Shown here piece after piece: positions 13,185 through 25,304 of a stretch of DNA of 64,000 bases; the first letter of the stretch is position 1, and each line of letters begins with the position of its first letter. Under the pieces are notes generated by a model. That model searched no databases. It saw only the letters and a list, made by a program, of their open reading frames with translations, and was not told the origin of the DNA. Location: assembly GCA_965113315.1 (NCBI GenBank), contig OZ220375.1; one strand, written 5' to 3'. The position numbers and the translations under genes are program-made. The DNA comes from Podarcis vaucheri. Its lineage: Eukaryota.

Positions 13185-15553
13185 GTGAGGCCTCTTAGGA
13201 AGAAAATGATATGAAGAAAAGATTGAAATAGGGCCTCTTCACACATGACCAAATTCCTTCCTGGTATGTTTAGTATATATGTGCTTTGCATTAGTTATTA
13301 ATAGCACACATCCCTACAAATTATACTATTAAAGATCCATGTGGGAAGACATATTTTGCTGTGTTTTAAGGGGAGATATCAATATTTATACATGTGTGCA
13401 CCATTTATAACTGATGCAAAATTTATGTATTCTGTTTGTGTATATGTATGTATCATAGTTACATCCCCCTCTTACTTTATAAAGCTCTGAGTCAGTTTAC
13501 ATGAGGCTCCAAATGATCAGGTGCACACTTGCTTAATTTGAGCACCATTGCTACAGCAGGGTCTCCATACCATTTACTGTTATGCATTCCCTGCTTCCCT
13601 GAGTGAAAAAAGTACAGGGCAGGACTAGAGTTTCATTTCTGAAATGAGAGAACACAATATACTTATAATGTGTCTGTAATGTTTGTTCTTCTTTGCAGTC
13701 ACATAAGTAGGTTGTGTACCTGTAGAGAACAACATCTCAAAAATAATAATAATTAAAAATAGTGTTTCAGAAAGCAGGAGCTGGCTAACAAAGTCTTTGA
13801 AAGGGCATGCCTATTTTTTCCTCAATATCTTTATTTTTGGCCAACATACACTGTTGAATTGACTTGCCAGTTTAGGGTGGTTTTTTATCTCTCTTTCATG
13901 CTGACACCTTGGCCTGTTTGCACACCCCTATTGAAGGGACAAGTCACAATTCAGCAGCACTTTCATAGGCTACACCTTTGCCAGAGCTCTGCCAATCGGC
14001 TACCTGATCTACTTCATCAACTTTTATCACAGAACCATGCTAGCTATATCAGGGCCAGGGCAAATACAACCCTTAGGAGAGTCAGCCTACATAACTGGTT
14101 CAATTGAGCTGCCTCCATCCACCTTCGGGTAGGTCATCTTGGTAGTCTCCATATATGTGACTGTGTGGAGCCCACGAATAAAAAGTCAAATTACTTCATG
14201 AGTGGAATAGCACTTGCTTGTCCCTTGAGGCATAAGCATCATGCAGGGTCTGCCCACTCAAGGGGAGAAAGCCAGTGTGAGCTCCCGAATTTCTAAAACA
14301 TTTCTGAGATGTTGCTTTGTGCAGATGCAGATCCATATGTTCTGATTGCACAGAAGACCACTTAAACATTAGTTACAAGCAAACAACTTGTCTTTCCATT
14401 TACAAATATAGAAGTGGCCTGGAAGCAGTTGACTGCTACAACAGGAAAAACAGTGATCCTTCATCAGTTTTCTAAAAAGAACAACTACTTATGCCCCTAT
14501 AAATCCCTTTAATTTCTCCCCATTTGATGATTTAAATTTAACTAAATTTGCAACATTCTCTCTAAATTCAGACCCATTATAAACAGTTTTTCTGCTCTTC
14601 CTGCTAGCTCTGATTTGTGTCATATCCCACAGGCTGGTTGGGAGGAGAGAGATTTTCAGACCATTAAGGAAAATATCCCCAGTGACTAGGGAAGATTAAT
14701 GTTCATTTGACAAATCCCTAACCCCATCAAGTGACACTGTAGGCAGCAGCAATAATGATAGACTCAATAAAAATGATCAAGGCAGTTCTAGCTCATAACA
14801 ATATTGTAAAAAACAGCCCCTGGAGACAGTCCTCAAGTTATGAAATAAATAACTGAGCCTTGTAAAATGTGTTCCATTAAAAACCAAGATAAATGGGCAG
14901 ATCAATCTTAATCATACCTTATGGAGGAAGCAGGGACTTGGGACTTGAAGAGCCCCTCCCAAGGGAATTTGGGGGTGGGGGGATTGACCAATTCTATAGG
15001 TGTACTACACTCTGCTCTATGACTTTGTGAAGGCATGCACTAAATCTGAGGTTGAAGGGAAAAAATCAAGAAGCTGCTTGTACCTCCTAGATATGCTTAC
15101 TCCCATTGTTCTAAATGGGTATAGCCATACCTAGGTCTGCATAGTATCAGGCTGTTAACCATTTTGTAGGGAAGGATGCTCTCACTTTTGAGAAACTTCA
15201 AAATAAATTCATTGCAATATATATGGTCAGATTTATTTTATTTATTCGTTAATTTTTTTAGTAAGATTCTATTTTATAAAAGCTGTCAATTTTACTACAT
15301 CCTTCTCCAAGCTCTGGACATAATTCACTGCTGAATATGGCTCAAGAGTAGATCAGTGCTGATTTGTTTGAGAGGGGATGTTTCTATCCATTTCATCCCA
15401 TTTTCATTTAAATGTGCTGCCATTCAGGTTCAATATGTTTCATTCCTCTGATATTAAAAAAACAATTAAAGCTGGTAAGAAAGTTAGAGGCATTTGTCTT
15501 GTACCATTTTTAATGTTGAAACCATTTCCCCATCCTCGACTTGAAAAATGTAG

Positions 15554-15616
15554 CTGAGGAAGCAGACTTAGGCTCTACTTCTAGCCTTGAAGACCAGGCT
15601 GCGGGGGATGCTCAAG
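15554..15616 (+). CDS. MAPT: Tau exon 4
   Basis: 63 nt; (A)EEADLGSTSSLEDQAAGDAQ; tag / gtaagt. Confidence 0.94.
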
Positions 15617-17147
15617 GTAAGTACAGTATTGTTGCTCTGCAGAACTTAAAATGCTAAGCTATGGACTCCTGGGTCGGGATGGAAGTTACAACCAGATAGA
15701 AATAATATTTGGTGTGTTGGTTCCTTTTTTATAGCCCACAAATATTAGCAATCCTGCTTTTATTTTTATGGTTGAATCCCTTATTTTCATTTTTGCTGGG
15801 TTCTGCGATTGCTGTTACCATGAAGGAAAGCATCTTGGAATCCTTATACTTCCATCATCTTTTGTTCTGCACTGTTTTATTAAGGAAATTAATGGAACTT
15901 AGTACAGTACACACAATACATACCCCTTATTAAATCAGTGATTGTTCTTGTTTGGGAATCACCATAAACCATTGTTTTTCATTAGGGAAATGAGCTACAG
16001 CAAGTCTTGGGTTTTCACACTCCTCTGGTGTGGTTAGGAAGAGTTAAAAAAAAATTCTGTCCATTTGAACTGACTGCAGTTAAGCAATATGTTCAAATCA
16101 AGACAAATTGTGGTTTGTTAATTCTGTTCAGTTGAAACCAGCATACTTCAAACAATAGTCTGTGATGCTGGCTTCTTTCAGCTAATTAAAGTTAAGATAA
16201 AATACAGTTAAGGTTTTTGATGCAGTGTTCGACTGTGGTTAATGGAAATCAAAAGTCAAAGCTCCCTGTCTCCTCCTTACAGCCACACTGGAGGGGAAGG
16301 GGAAGTCATTAGCTTGAGGCTAATGCATGGAGCAAATCATTGTTAAACCATTGTTTATTGTGGAGGCCATTCACCTTCACTACTGTTTTAGAATTTTAGC
16401 AACATGCCTCACAAAAGATAGTAGAGAACTAGTAAAAAGTACAGGAAAGGGAGGTGGAAGGTGGTGATTGAGTGTGCTGGAACACTGCTATCGTGGCCCT
16501 AAAGCTGTGAACTTTTTTTTTTTTAGCATGCCTTTATAACCCAAAATAAGAGAAATACATTTAGTACTATAGTGATAAAGACCATGAGTGAATAAGATTA
16601 CAGAATAATGATAGATATTATGAAAATGAAAGTTTTCAGGTAATTAACCTACAGATCTAATTTTTGAATTACTTCAACAAACTGGTTGAAGTAACTATTG
16701 AAAATGGGAAGAAATATGTGTATGTCTCGTAGCACTGTTTTGATAATAGAGGTTTATTTTTTTAAACATCCAGTATCAGCTTCTATTATTTTGCATTATT
16801 CGATGGATTTTATAAGTTAAATGCTTGTGTTTGTGTTTCATTATCGTAACTCACATTTGAGAAGTACAATATTGTGATCTCAAACAGATTAGGAGTTCTG
16901 AGGACTACTTTTAGGCTAACCAAAGTAGAGTTGACCATAGCAAATGGTGCTGTGGTATTCAGTTTTGCTCTTTCAATGATATTCTCTCAAATATTTATAA
17001 TTAATAATAATTAAAAATGGCTTTCTATTGATATAAACATGCTAACTTCTTACTGTGCCTAATGCCCTGCTTGTATACCTTAATAGAACTGCATACCTCA
17101 GTATTGCTGGGGAGAGTTGAACCAAGAATTTAGGAACACGTTGTTAT

Positions 17148-17214
17148 ATAGGTTAAGAATGAAGTCACTCAAATGCAAATAGGTTAAGAATGAAATCACT
17201 CAAAATCCAAAATA
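17148..17214. repeat. ~31-bp tandem duplication
   Basis: ataggttaagaatgaa(g/a)tcactcaaa present twice in tandem. Confidence 0.8.
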
Positions 17215-17268
17215 GCTTGTTTATCTGAGCACCTATGAAATCATCCAAGGCATATTATAGCTACCCTC

Positions 17269-17331
<63 letters not shown>
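17269..17331. repeat. (AAC)n microsatellite forming the tail of the adjacent L2
   Basis: About 20 perfect AAC units. Confidence 0.95.
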
Positions 17332-17332
<1 letters not shown>

Positions 17333-17333
<1 letters not shown>

Positions 17334-17628
17334 TTATTTATACCCTGCCCATCTGGCTGGGCCTCCCCAGCCACTCTGGGCGGCTTCCAAAAGAATATTA
17401 AAATACTATAATACATCAAACATTAAAAGCTTCCCGAAACAGGGCTGCCTTCAGATGTCTTCTAAAAGCCTGGTAGTTGTTGTTCTCTTTGACATCTGGT
17501 GGGTGGGTTTTCCACAGGGAAGGCGCCACTACCCTGTAACTTGGCTTCTCGCAGTGAGGGAACCGCCAGAAGGCCCTCGGAGCTGGACCTCAGTGTCCGG
17601 GTAGAACGATGGGGGTGGAGACGCTCCT
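17333..17628 (-). mobile_element. L2 LINE 3' fragment
   Basis: Microsatellite tail plus ccagccactctgggcggcttcc...aaacagggctgccttcagatgtcttctaaaag; reverse complement of the copy at 28745-28997. Confidence 0.8.
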
Positions 17629-17718
17629 AGTAAATTTCCTAGAATTTACTCCCTTTGTGGGAGATCATTGATGGGCTAGAGATTTTTTTTGGGGGGTGGG
17701 GAGTCTCTTCATCATTAG

Positions 17719-18447
17719 GCAATGAAATTGAATCTGCACAGACTGATAAAGCCCATCAAGCAGATTGTGTGGAACCCTTTTATGTAGCCACTATGCTAAA
17801 GATGCCAGATGGATACATGGAGTTCCACACAGCTGAAAGAAGCCAGGAGAAGGCTGTCTTCAGAATTCATAATCAGTTGCAGGATCTTATTGAGAAAGTG
17901 GTTATTGGCATGCCCACAACATCAGTACCTAAAAAAGTTGGTGCAGGATTGGGACCAGCCAGCCTAAAAATGATGGAAGGGTTGGGACTTTTGAGAGATT
18001 CCCTGCTGATTTCGATAAGCAAGCCGGTGGGAATTGCTCACACGGCATATTTTCCAACAGCTGATGGCTCACTCTACTTCAGAGGTGATTTGAAAGAAGT
18101 TGCATTTGGACAGATAAAAGTTGAAGACAGAGACACTGATGAAACAACTCAGCAGGATAGTCTGGATGAGAGAAGGCCATTCGTATCAGAAGATGAAAGG
18201 TGTGCCATGGTTGCAGAATTGGACCCCTCTGAGCATATTTACCAAGTTGAGGTTGAAGCTAATGTCCCGAAGGAGAGCAAAACTTTGGAATGTGTACTAG
18301 AAGTAGGCAAGCTTTCAGGGGAGAGCATCTCCCTGGAAGGGGAGACATTGGAAACTGTGCAGGCCTCAGAACTGCAAAAGGCTTCTGGAAAAAAAGCTGC
18401 CTATTGTACACCAGAGAAACAAAGCAGTCGATTGCCACTTCTGAAAG
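17719..18447 (+). CDS. MAPT: Tau exon 4A (big tau)
   Basis: 729-nt stop-free frame inside ORF 17655-18554; phase-1 acceptor cattag|GC and donor AAAG|gtgtgt; ends SSRLPLLK like the mammalian 4A end; lies between exons 4 and 5. 5' boundary less certain. Confidence 0.85.
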
Positions 18448-18793
18448 GTGTGTGCATGTGCGTGTGTTGCTCAGTTGTCCTGCTTAAAGAAAGCAAGACT
18501 GCTAAAACCACAAATGATTTTGCACATCTCTCCCTGCTTCGGCAGTTTTCCTGATAAATTGACAGGAAACAAAAATGTTTGTGTGGCACTGCTCTACATC
18601 CATGGCTGTCTGCTTCATTTGGACTTGGGGTGTGAGTACAGTCCATTAATACAATGGCTGCATGCTTATCCTGCATGGATGCTGATGCTGCTTCTCACCA
18701 ATCACCACCGCAATTTATATTTTGTGGAATTTTAGCTCTTTTCACTTCATCTGAGATCCTCCACTGGCAGGTCTTATAACCAATTAGATAAGA

Positions 18794-18915
18794 CAGTGAT
18801 GGCCAAACTTGGCCCTCCAGCTGTTTGGGGACTACAATGCCCATCATCCCTGACCACTAGGGATGATGGAAGTTGTAGTCCAAAAACAGCGAAGACCCAA
18901 GTTTGGCCAACACTG
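18794..18915. mobile_element. Palindromic hAT-type MITE
   Basis: TIRs cagtgatggccaaacttgg / ccaagtttggccaacactg; 8-bp TSD AGATAAGA at 18786-18793 and 18916-18923. Confidence 0.88.
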
Positions 18916-19328
18916 AGATAAGATATAGGTAAAGCAAGAATGGAGCTAACTGATCTTGGCTTTGATCAGAAACTTACTAGATAAGCTGTGTCTCATCATT
19001 CTTTCAAGTCTCTGATTCTCATCATGCATTCCCATTCTAGCTTATCTAATAGCTGTCAGAGATCACTGTGGTGTGTATTAAACAAAGAATGTTTTGTGCT
19101 GGCCTTGGCTGTTTAATGCTAATGTGAAACATACACTGGCTAAAATTTTCTCTCCATTTCCATTCTGTATTCTACCCATCCATTAACTACACTTACACAT
19201 GGCACAAATGCTGCACAGTGCACATGTAAACGTACAATCAAGCCTCATGTGTAAAAACTTCCAAAGGGTGTAAGGGTTTTTGTTTTATTATTTTTTGCTC
19301 ACCTGCATCCAAGAGAAATAAAGTAGGG

Positions 19329-19463
19329 TAGGGGTAGCCAATGTGGTGTCCTCAAGATGTTGTGGACTACAACTCTCAGCATCCCTGACTATTGATCACA
19401 CTGGCTGAGACTAATGGGCATTGTTATCCACAACAGCTGAGGGTAATCATGTTGGCTACCCTT
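19329..19463. mobile_element. Degenerate palindromic MITE (gactacaactc family)
   Basis: Inverted ends ggggtagccaa / ttggctaccc with internal gactacaactctcagcatccct; similar degenerate copies near 52580-52660 and 59500-59650. Confidence 0.55.
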
Positions 19464-20109
19464 TGTATAGGGTGTCAGCTAAAGGTGATAGATGGTGTGA
19501 CCTATAGGCAGGAGAAAATGCTTAACAATGGTCCTTCCATAATAAAGGGGGGCTACTTCCATTACAAATACATTTGCATTAACTTCAAAAAAATCTTCAA
19601 TTTGCTGTATGAAATTTTGCATGATTTCAGGCATCTCAAGCTATTCCTATTTTTTTGAGGAACTGCGTGAATAGAAAATACATGTATGTATCTTCTTTAA
19701 GAACATCCCTTTCTACATTGCCTCTTCATAGTTTCATATGTGGGGTTTTTTTTGGGGGGGAACCAAAGAGTTTTCTAAATAACAGATATTGACATCACAG
19801 TTGGGACCTTTTGTAACTTCTGCAATAAGGAGGCATGAGTCTTCCTCCTCTGCTTGAAAGACTTAATATTTTTGCATCTTGCACAGTAGGCAAGCAGGTG
19901 AAACAATTACCACTGGTATTTCTTTTCCCCCCTCCAGCTTTTCAGAATTTGTAGTAGAGTAAATTGGAATGTTGAAATCCCTTCACGAAGGGTAACCTGA
20001 TCTTCATGGGTTGGGGAAACCTAGCCAGATGGGCAGAGTATAAATAATAAATTATTATTATATTATTATATGGGTTCCAGTGAACACTGCTAGTCATAAA
20101 TGGCTCATG

Positions 20110-20720
20110 GGGGTTGTTAATGCACCATCTCTTTGGAAGAAAGATCCTATTGTCAGTTGAGCATGACCATTGTCTAATATTCCATAGAGCGGGGCATGAT
20201 GTTGAATCCCGCCAGAACTGCCCAAATTATGCAAAGAGATCTTGGATGGACTTTGCAAATCAGCTCAAAGCACTCATATGGGAAAAAGCCTGTGCTACAT
20301 CCACTAACAGTTTGCTGGGCTGTCTTTTAGTTTCTCCGAAGGAATCTTAGCTCAAAGAACTTAACTGTGAGCTTCCTTGGCATTGAAACATCTGGCTAAG
20401 TTAGAGGAGATGGCCTTTCTGTCAGCTGCAAAGAGAGCATTAGAACTGAAAGGGGAGAAAATCAGCAGAACCAAAGCTCAAGAAGAAGAGACCCAAGGCC
20501 CAGAACAATCCAAATGATACTTTAAATATTCTGTCCAAACCTGAGCAGTTGATGAATGTGAAAATGTTTTGCATAGGCTGATCAGATGACAAGGTTCATA
20601 ACTCCAGAAGCTTCAGTTTGTAGTAAAGAGGGTGGTGGTGGCTACAATTAACTGTCAGACTCTGCTAGAATGAAGAATTTGCTAAGCCATTGAAAAGGAA
20701 GCCTCTGGAAAAGAAAAATA
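20110..20720 (+). mobile_element. Decayed DIRS-like retrotransposon ORF1 fragment
   Basis: GRKILLSVEHDHCLIFHRAGHDVESRQNC...LKALIWEKA resembles the Cys/His N-terminus of reptile DIRS ORF1; pattern recognition only. Confidence 0.45.
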
Positions 20721-20724
20721 TATG

Positions 20725-21279
20725 TAGGTATAAAGTTAGGTAAAGGATCCTTGGATGGCTAAGTCCAGTCGAATTTGACTATGGCGTGTGGTGCTCATCT
20801 CTGCTTTCAGGCCAAGGCATTCGGCATTTGTCTGGGTCATGAGAGCCAGTGTGGTGTAGTGGTTAAGAGCAGTAGTCTCGTAATCTGGTGAATCGGGTTC
20901 GTGTCTCCGCTCCTCCACATGCAGCTGCTGGGTGACCTTGGGCTAGTCACACTTCTCTGAAGTCTCTCAGCCCCACTCACCTCACAGAGTGTTTGTTGTG
21001 GGGGAGGAAGGGAAAGGAGAATGTTAGCCGCTTTGAGACTCCTTCAGGTAGTGATAAAGCGGGATATCAAATCCAAACTCTTCTTCTTCTCTTCTTCATG
21101 TGGCCAGCATGGCTAAACTGCTTCTGGTGCAACGGGACACCATGATGGAAACCAGAGCACACAGAAACGCCGTTTATCTTCCTGCCTCAGCAGTACCTAT
21201 TTATTTACTCGTGCTAGTATGCTTTTGAACTGCTAGATTAGCAGGAGCTGGGACAAAGCAATGGGAGCTCACTCCGCCT
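20725..21279 (-). mobile_element. Sauria SINE, older copy, interrupted by a second SINE
   Basis: aggtaaagg tail and body (catgtggccagcatg, gtacctatttat, gaactgctag, gggagctcac) are the reverse complement of the SINE at 43331-43684. Confidence 0.8.
20841..21096 (+). mobile_element. tRNA-derived SINE (Squam3-like) nested in the Sauria SINE
   Basis: Box A (tggtgtagtggtt) and box B-like (gggttcgtgtc), tgaccttgggc core, (TCT)n tail; splits host motif gggtcat|gtggcc. Confidence 0.8.
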
Positions 21280-22059
21280 GGACTAAGCATTGGTGATTCT
21301 AACATCAAGTCATTCTATGACAAGCTGCTCTTTGAAAGAAACTCAGTGACTCATGGCCTTATGGAATTCTTTTGCATCAAGCTTATCACTTCAGCTTGGG
21401 GTAGCTGAGAAGTGGGCCCTCATACTCACCCTGCAATTTATTGTGTTCTGGCAGCAATGGACAATTGTCTACAAAATTCTATCAAGAACCAGGAAAGATG
21501 GGTAGCATGATTACAGGCTGTACCTAGAATCTTTCGTTATAAGGCTTCGTTTGTTCAGAAAAGGGTCATGCAGATGTCCATGCAAATATGGGAAATGTAA
21601 TCATCAGTGAGCATTTTTATTTATTTATTTATTTGCTTTATATTGCCCAAGGCAACCCAGAGTGACATATACACAGCAAAAGATATCAACTTTCTCGTAA
21701 CAGAACAAAAACAATGTGTGCACTTCAGCAGCAGAGTATAGTACCAGTCTTTATGTGTCCATGATATACTAGTCAAGGATTATAATCTTTGCATTCCCTC
21801 AGATTCCTGTAGGGCAGAGGTGAACAGAATGTTGGTTGCAATCAATCCATCTTTCCCAGGCTGATTTGCAGGCAAACATTTCAGCCTCTCTTCTCCTTTA
21901 GCCGATTCTGTTGGCTGAATGTGGGTGTATCAGCCCCATTTTCGATATATGTATTCAGATTTTGCTATTTAAAAACAAAAAAAAAAAAGTTTGCGTGTGA
22001 AGCTACTTCCTGCCAGCAGCCTCTTTGTTGCCCTGCTTCTTTCTGCAACTTTTCCCTCA

Positions 22060-22330
22060 GTGAATAATATGAGGCTGACAATTATCATTATTGGATGGTC
22101 CTAGATTATTGTATGAATAAGCCTCAAATGCAGCTTCTCATATAGGAGTTGTTCCGGTCCCATGATAATTTTGGCAGCCCTTTTCTAAACTCTTTCATAG
22201 CCAATTACTAATCCACAAGAGAGTCTCTCCTCTTATTCCATAACCACTACCTTCAATAAGGAGTCTTTGATGAGTTACTTTATCAAAGTCTTTTTGAAAT
22301 TCTAAGTACACAGTGTCCTCACACTACATC
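22060..22330 (-). mobile_element. Old CR1 LINE fragment
   Basis: ttcatagccaattactaatccacaagaga...ctttatcaaagtctttttgaaattctaagtacac, antisense of a CR1 RT segment. Confidence 0.5.
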
Positions 22331-24355
22331 TTATGGACAAGTGAGACTTTTTAAAAAAGAAGATTCCTTGGCCACAAGGGGATGAGCTTGTTCCCTGAGG
22401 GTCAGGAGCTCTCTGCACTGAGTAAACACCCATGACTTCTATCTAGGCAGCCATTAGTTGTTTATGTGGCATTCTGTACAGTGTTCTAAATAGACCCTAC
22501 ACCCCTGCTGGCTTCCTACCTGCATGTTTTGTGTTGTTTGAATTTTAAATCAAAGAAGAGGTGGAGCATAGTGAGGCTTGACCCGCTCGCTCTCTTTTAA
22601 ACTTGCACAAATGCCTAACTTGCATTGTTACCTTGGCACTTCGTCACTGGGACTGAGAATCTTCACCAGATGGGGCTCCTTTTGTGCTTCTAAGACAGAT
22701 TCTTTCTCTCCGGGTTGCCTGAAGCTTATTGTCCTGTCTAGCTTCCCCCGACTTCTGCAGCAGCCAATTAGATCAGGAAGTCATTGTTGGAAAAACACAA
22801 GGAGGCAGGCCCCTGCAAGGTGTGGGGAGGGGGTGCAAACAGTCGGGTACACTAACCCCAGGCCTTGCTGGGCTAAGGCGACTGACGGGCCCCACCAGGG
22901 ACTGGCTTTTTTTTGTGTTGTTTCAGCTTATAACTTTATTCCAACAAGACTCCCGCCCCAGGCCTCAGACAAGTTCTGCATGGGCCTGCAAGGAGGTAAG
23001 ACTCCTTGGGTTGCAATAAATTCCAATGACTAAAAATCTGAAAGGGAAATTTATGTCAGTTTGGCACCCTGGGTAGTGATATTGAGGGATATGTGATGTG
23101 GGCAGTTGAAACCCCTCCAGGAATGAAAGTGCTTTAAATCTGAATGATTTTAACTGATTTTGAAACTGAACAAAAAAACTGAGCTTTCAACTTGCCCTAA
23201 GGTCAACCCTTACCCCTTAGTTTACATGCTATGCTTAATAAGCTCAAACTAGACCTTTACTGAGCTTGAATTGGGGTTTTTAAAATACCCTAATGTTTTA
23301 AGTTTTAACTTAAAATCTATTTAGCATTCAAAATTAGAGTGTAAGTGTTATAAAAGCTGAATTTAAAGCTAAAAGCCTAGGGTCCGCCCCCCCCCCCCGG
23401 TTGAACTATTTTAAACTGGTTTTAACTGAACTGAAAGCTGAAACTTTAGCTTTTAACTTGGACTGAACTTAACCCTTTCACTAAATTTACATGTTGCCCT
23501 TTATGGCCTATAACTGAACCCTATATACTTAGAGTGAGCTGAAAGCAAGGCTTACACTTTTCGTTTTAAGCTGATTTTTCCATTAGCTAGGTTGTATTGT
23601 TTGGAACTAATTAGTAGCTTCTTTATCCTCTATCAAAATGATAAACTGTAGCCTTTCAGACCTTTCCCATTGGTTGGGTATATGTGTGTAATCATAATTC
23701 TATGAAAACATTGATTTAGCATTTTGTATGACTTGATCCAAAGCAGGATCCTAAATTCTGTTAGAAAAGAGCATGAATACTTTTGACACAGAATCATACT
23801 TTTTGTCCCAAGTAAGTGTTTTATTAAACTTGGGTGTTCCATTATAGGGAGTGTGGAAACTACCGGAACCAACTAAATGGTTCAGCTTTAACTGGTTTGC
23901 TGCTTTTTTCAGATAGTTTAATGCAGACAGGTGGAAGTTATTGGACTACTTGTATTTAGAAGTCTATGGGGTTATTAAAAGTGATCTGTTACTTCAGTGG
24001 TTAAAGGCCACAGTGCTGTTGCCAGTTCCTGACATCACACTGCAAACAGAGCTTCACACAAAACACTTGGAAGAGCTTCCAAAAGTGGTACCAATCAGTT
24101 GGGAACTCTTATTATTTTTTCATTCCCAATACAGCTGGCAATACTTATTTATTTTATTTTGCTTTCCCAGATGGTGTGAGGCACAACATGCTTGCTTGTT
24201 GCATTGAAGCTTAGCCTGAAAGAGTGAGAGCAAATTTATAAATCAGAAATATGGTTCTATAAGGAATGGAGCTTTCCTACTACTGTTTATGCAAGGGCAG
24301 AGGAGAGTTGCATGCTACAGTTACAATCTGAGTGGCTTACCTTCTCTAGAAGCTA

Positions 24356-24597
24356 CAGTGGTACCTCGGGTTACATACGCTTCAGGTTACATACACTTCA
24401 GGTTACAGACTCCGCTAACCCAGAAATAGTACCTTGGGTTAAGAACTTTGCTTCAGGATGAGAACAGAAATCGTGCTCCGGCGGCGCGACAGCAGCGGGA
24501 GGCCCCATTAGCTAAAGTGGTGCTTCAGGTTAAGAACAATTTCAGGTTAAAAACGGACCTCTGGAACGAATTAAGAACGTAACCAGAGGTACCACTG
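24356..24597. mobile_element. Tc1/mariner (Tigger-like) MITE
   Basis: TIRs cagtggtacctcgggttac / gtaaccagaggtaccactg flanked by TA on both sides. Confidence 0.9.
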
Positions 24598-24659
24598 TAT
24601 TTTAGAACTGCCACCCCTCCACGCAGCAAAATGTAACAGTAAATCTCCTTTCTCATCAG

Positions 24660-24715
24660 CTCGAATGGACAACAAAGATAAAAATGAGACTGGGACTGAA
24701 GAGCCTAAACCAAAG
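24660..24715 (+). CDS. MAPT: Tau exon 5
   Basis: 56 nt; (A)RMDNKDKNETGTEEPKPK; catcag / gtaagc. Confidence 0.94.
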
Positions 24716-25270
24716 GTAAGCTGACAAGCATATATGATCATGGGTGCAGTTCATCCTCTCTGCATTCTTGGTTCTTCCTTAAAACATTTTTCTTTATCTT
24801 TGATGGAGTAAATATTTTGCTTTCTGCTAGAAACCTTTAAATGCAGTTGTCTCCCCCACCCCCACCCCCACCCCCACCCCTTTTTTTTGCAAGGCCCAGT
24901 GTGCATTCTAAGTTAGAATCTCTTTAAAATCTGTATTTTAAGCTTGAGAAGCCACTTTCTTCCCTGTAACTAAACTAGGTGTGAACAGGAAGTTGCTGCT
25001 GTAAAACTTGACATCTCCTTTTGCACAGAGTTTCATTCAAGCCTGAGTATCTCTGAGAAGCATTTCTGTGTGGCAATCAGTGTTAAGCTTGTTTGTGGAA
25101 CTTCTGCTTCAGGGACAGCCTCTCTTCCTCCCTGTGGTGCTGGCTTTGGAGAATCCTACCCACTAGTTTAAACACGTTTTAATGTGAGCTTGATTTTATT
25201 GTGTATTTCTGTGTGTAGCTTTTAAAGTGTAACCTACTTAGGGCTAATGGTGAGAGGGATAGAAATCTAT

Positions 25271-25303
<33 letters not shown>
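25271..25303. repeat. (ATCA)n microsatellite
   Basis: About 8 units. Confidence 0.9.

Positions 25304-25304
<1 letters not shown>

Noticed and set aside
18448-18554. Cys-rich continuation of the 299-aa ORF (GVCMCVCC...)
   Set aside because: It is translation of the TG-rich intron after the exon 4A donor
20841-20915. tRNA-like sequence
   Set aside because: It is the head of a SINE, not a tRNA gene; same for 43331-43410
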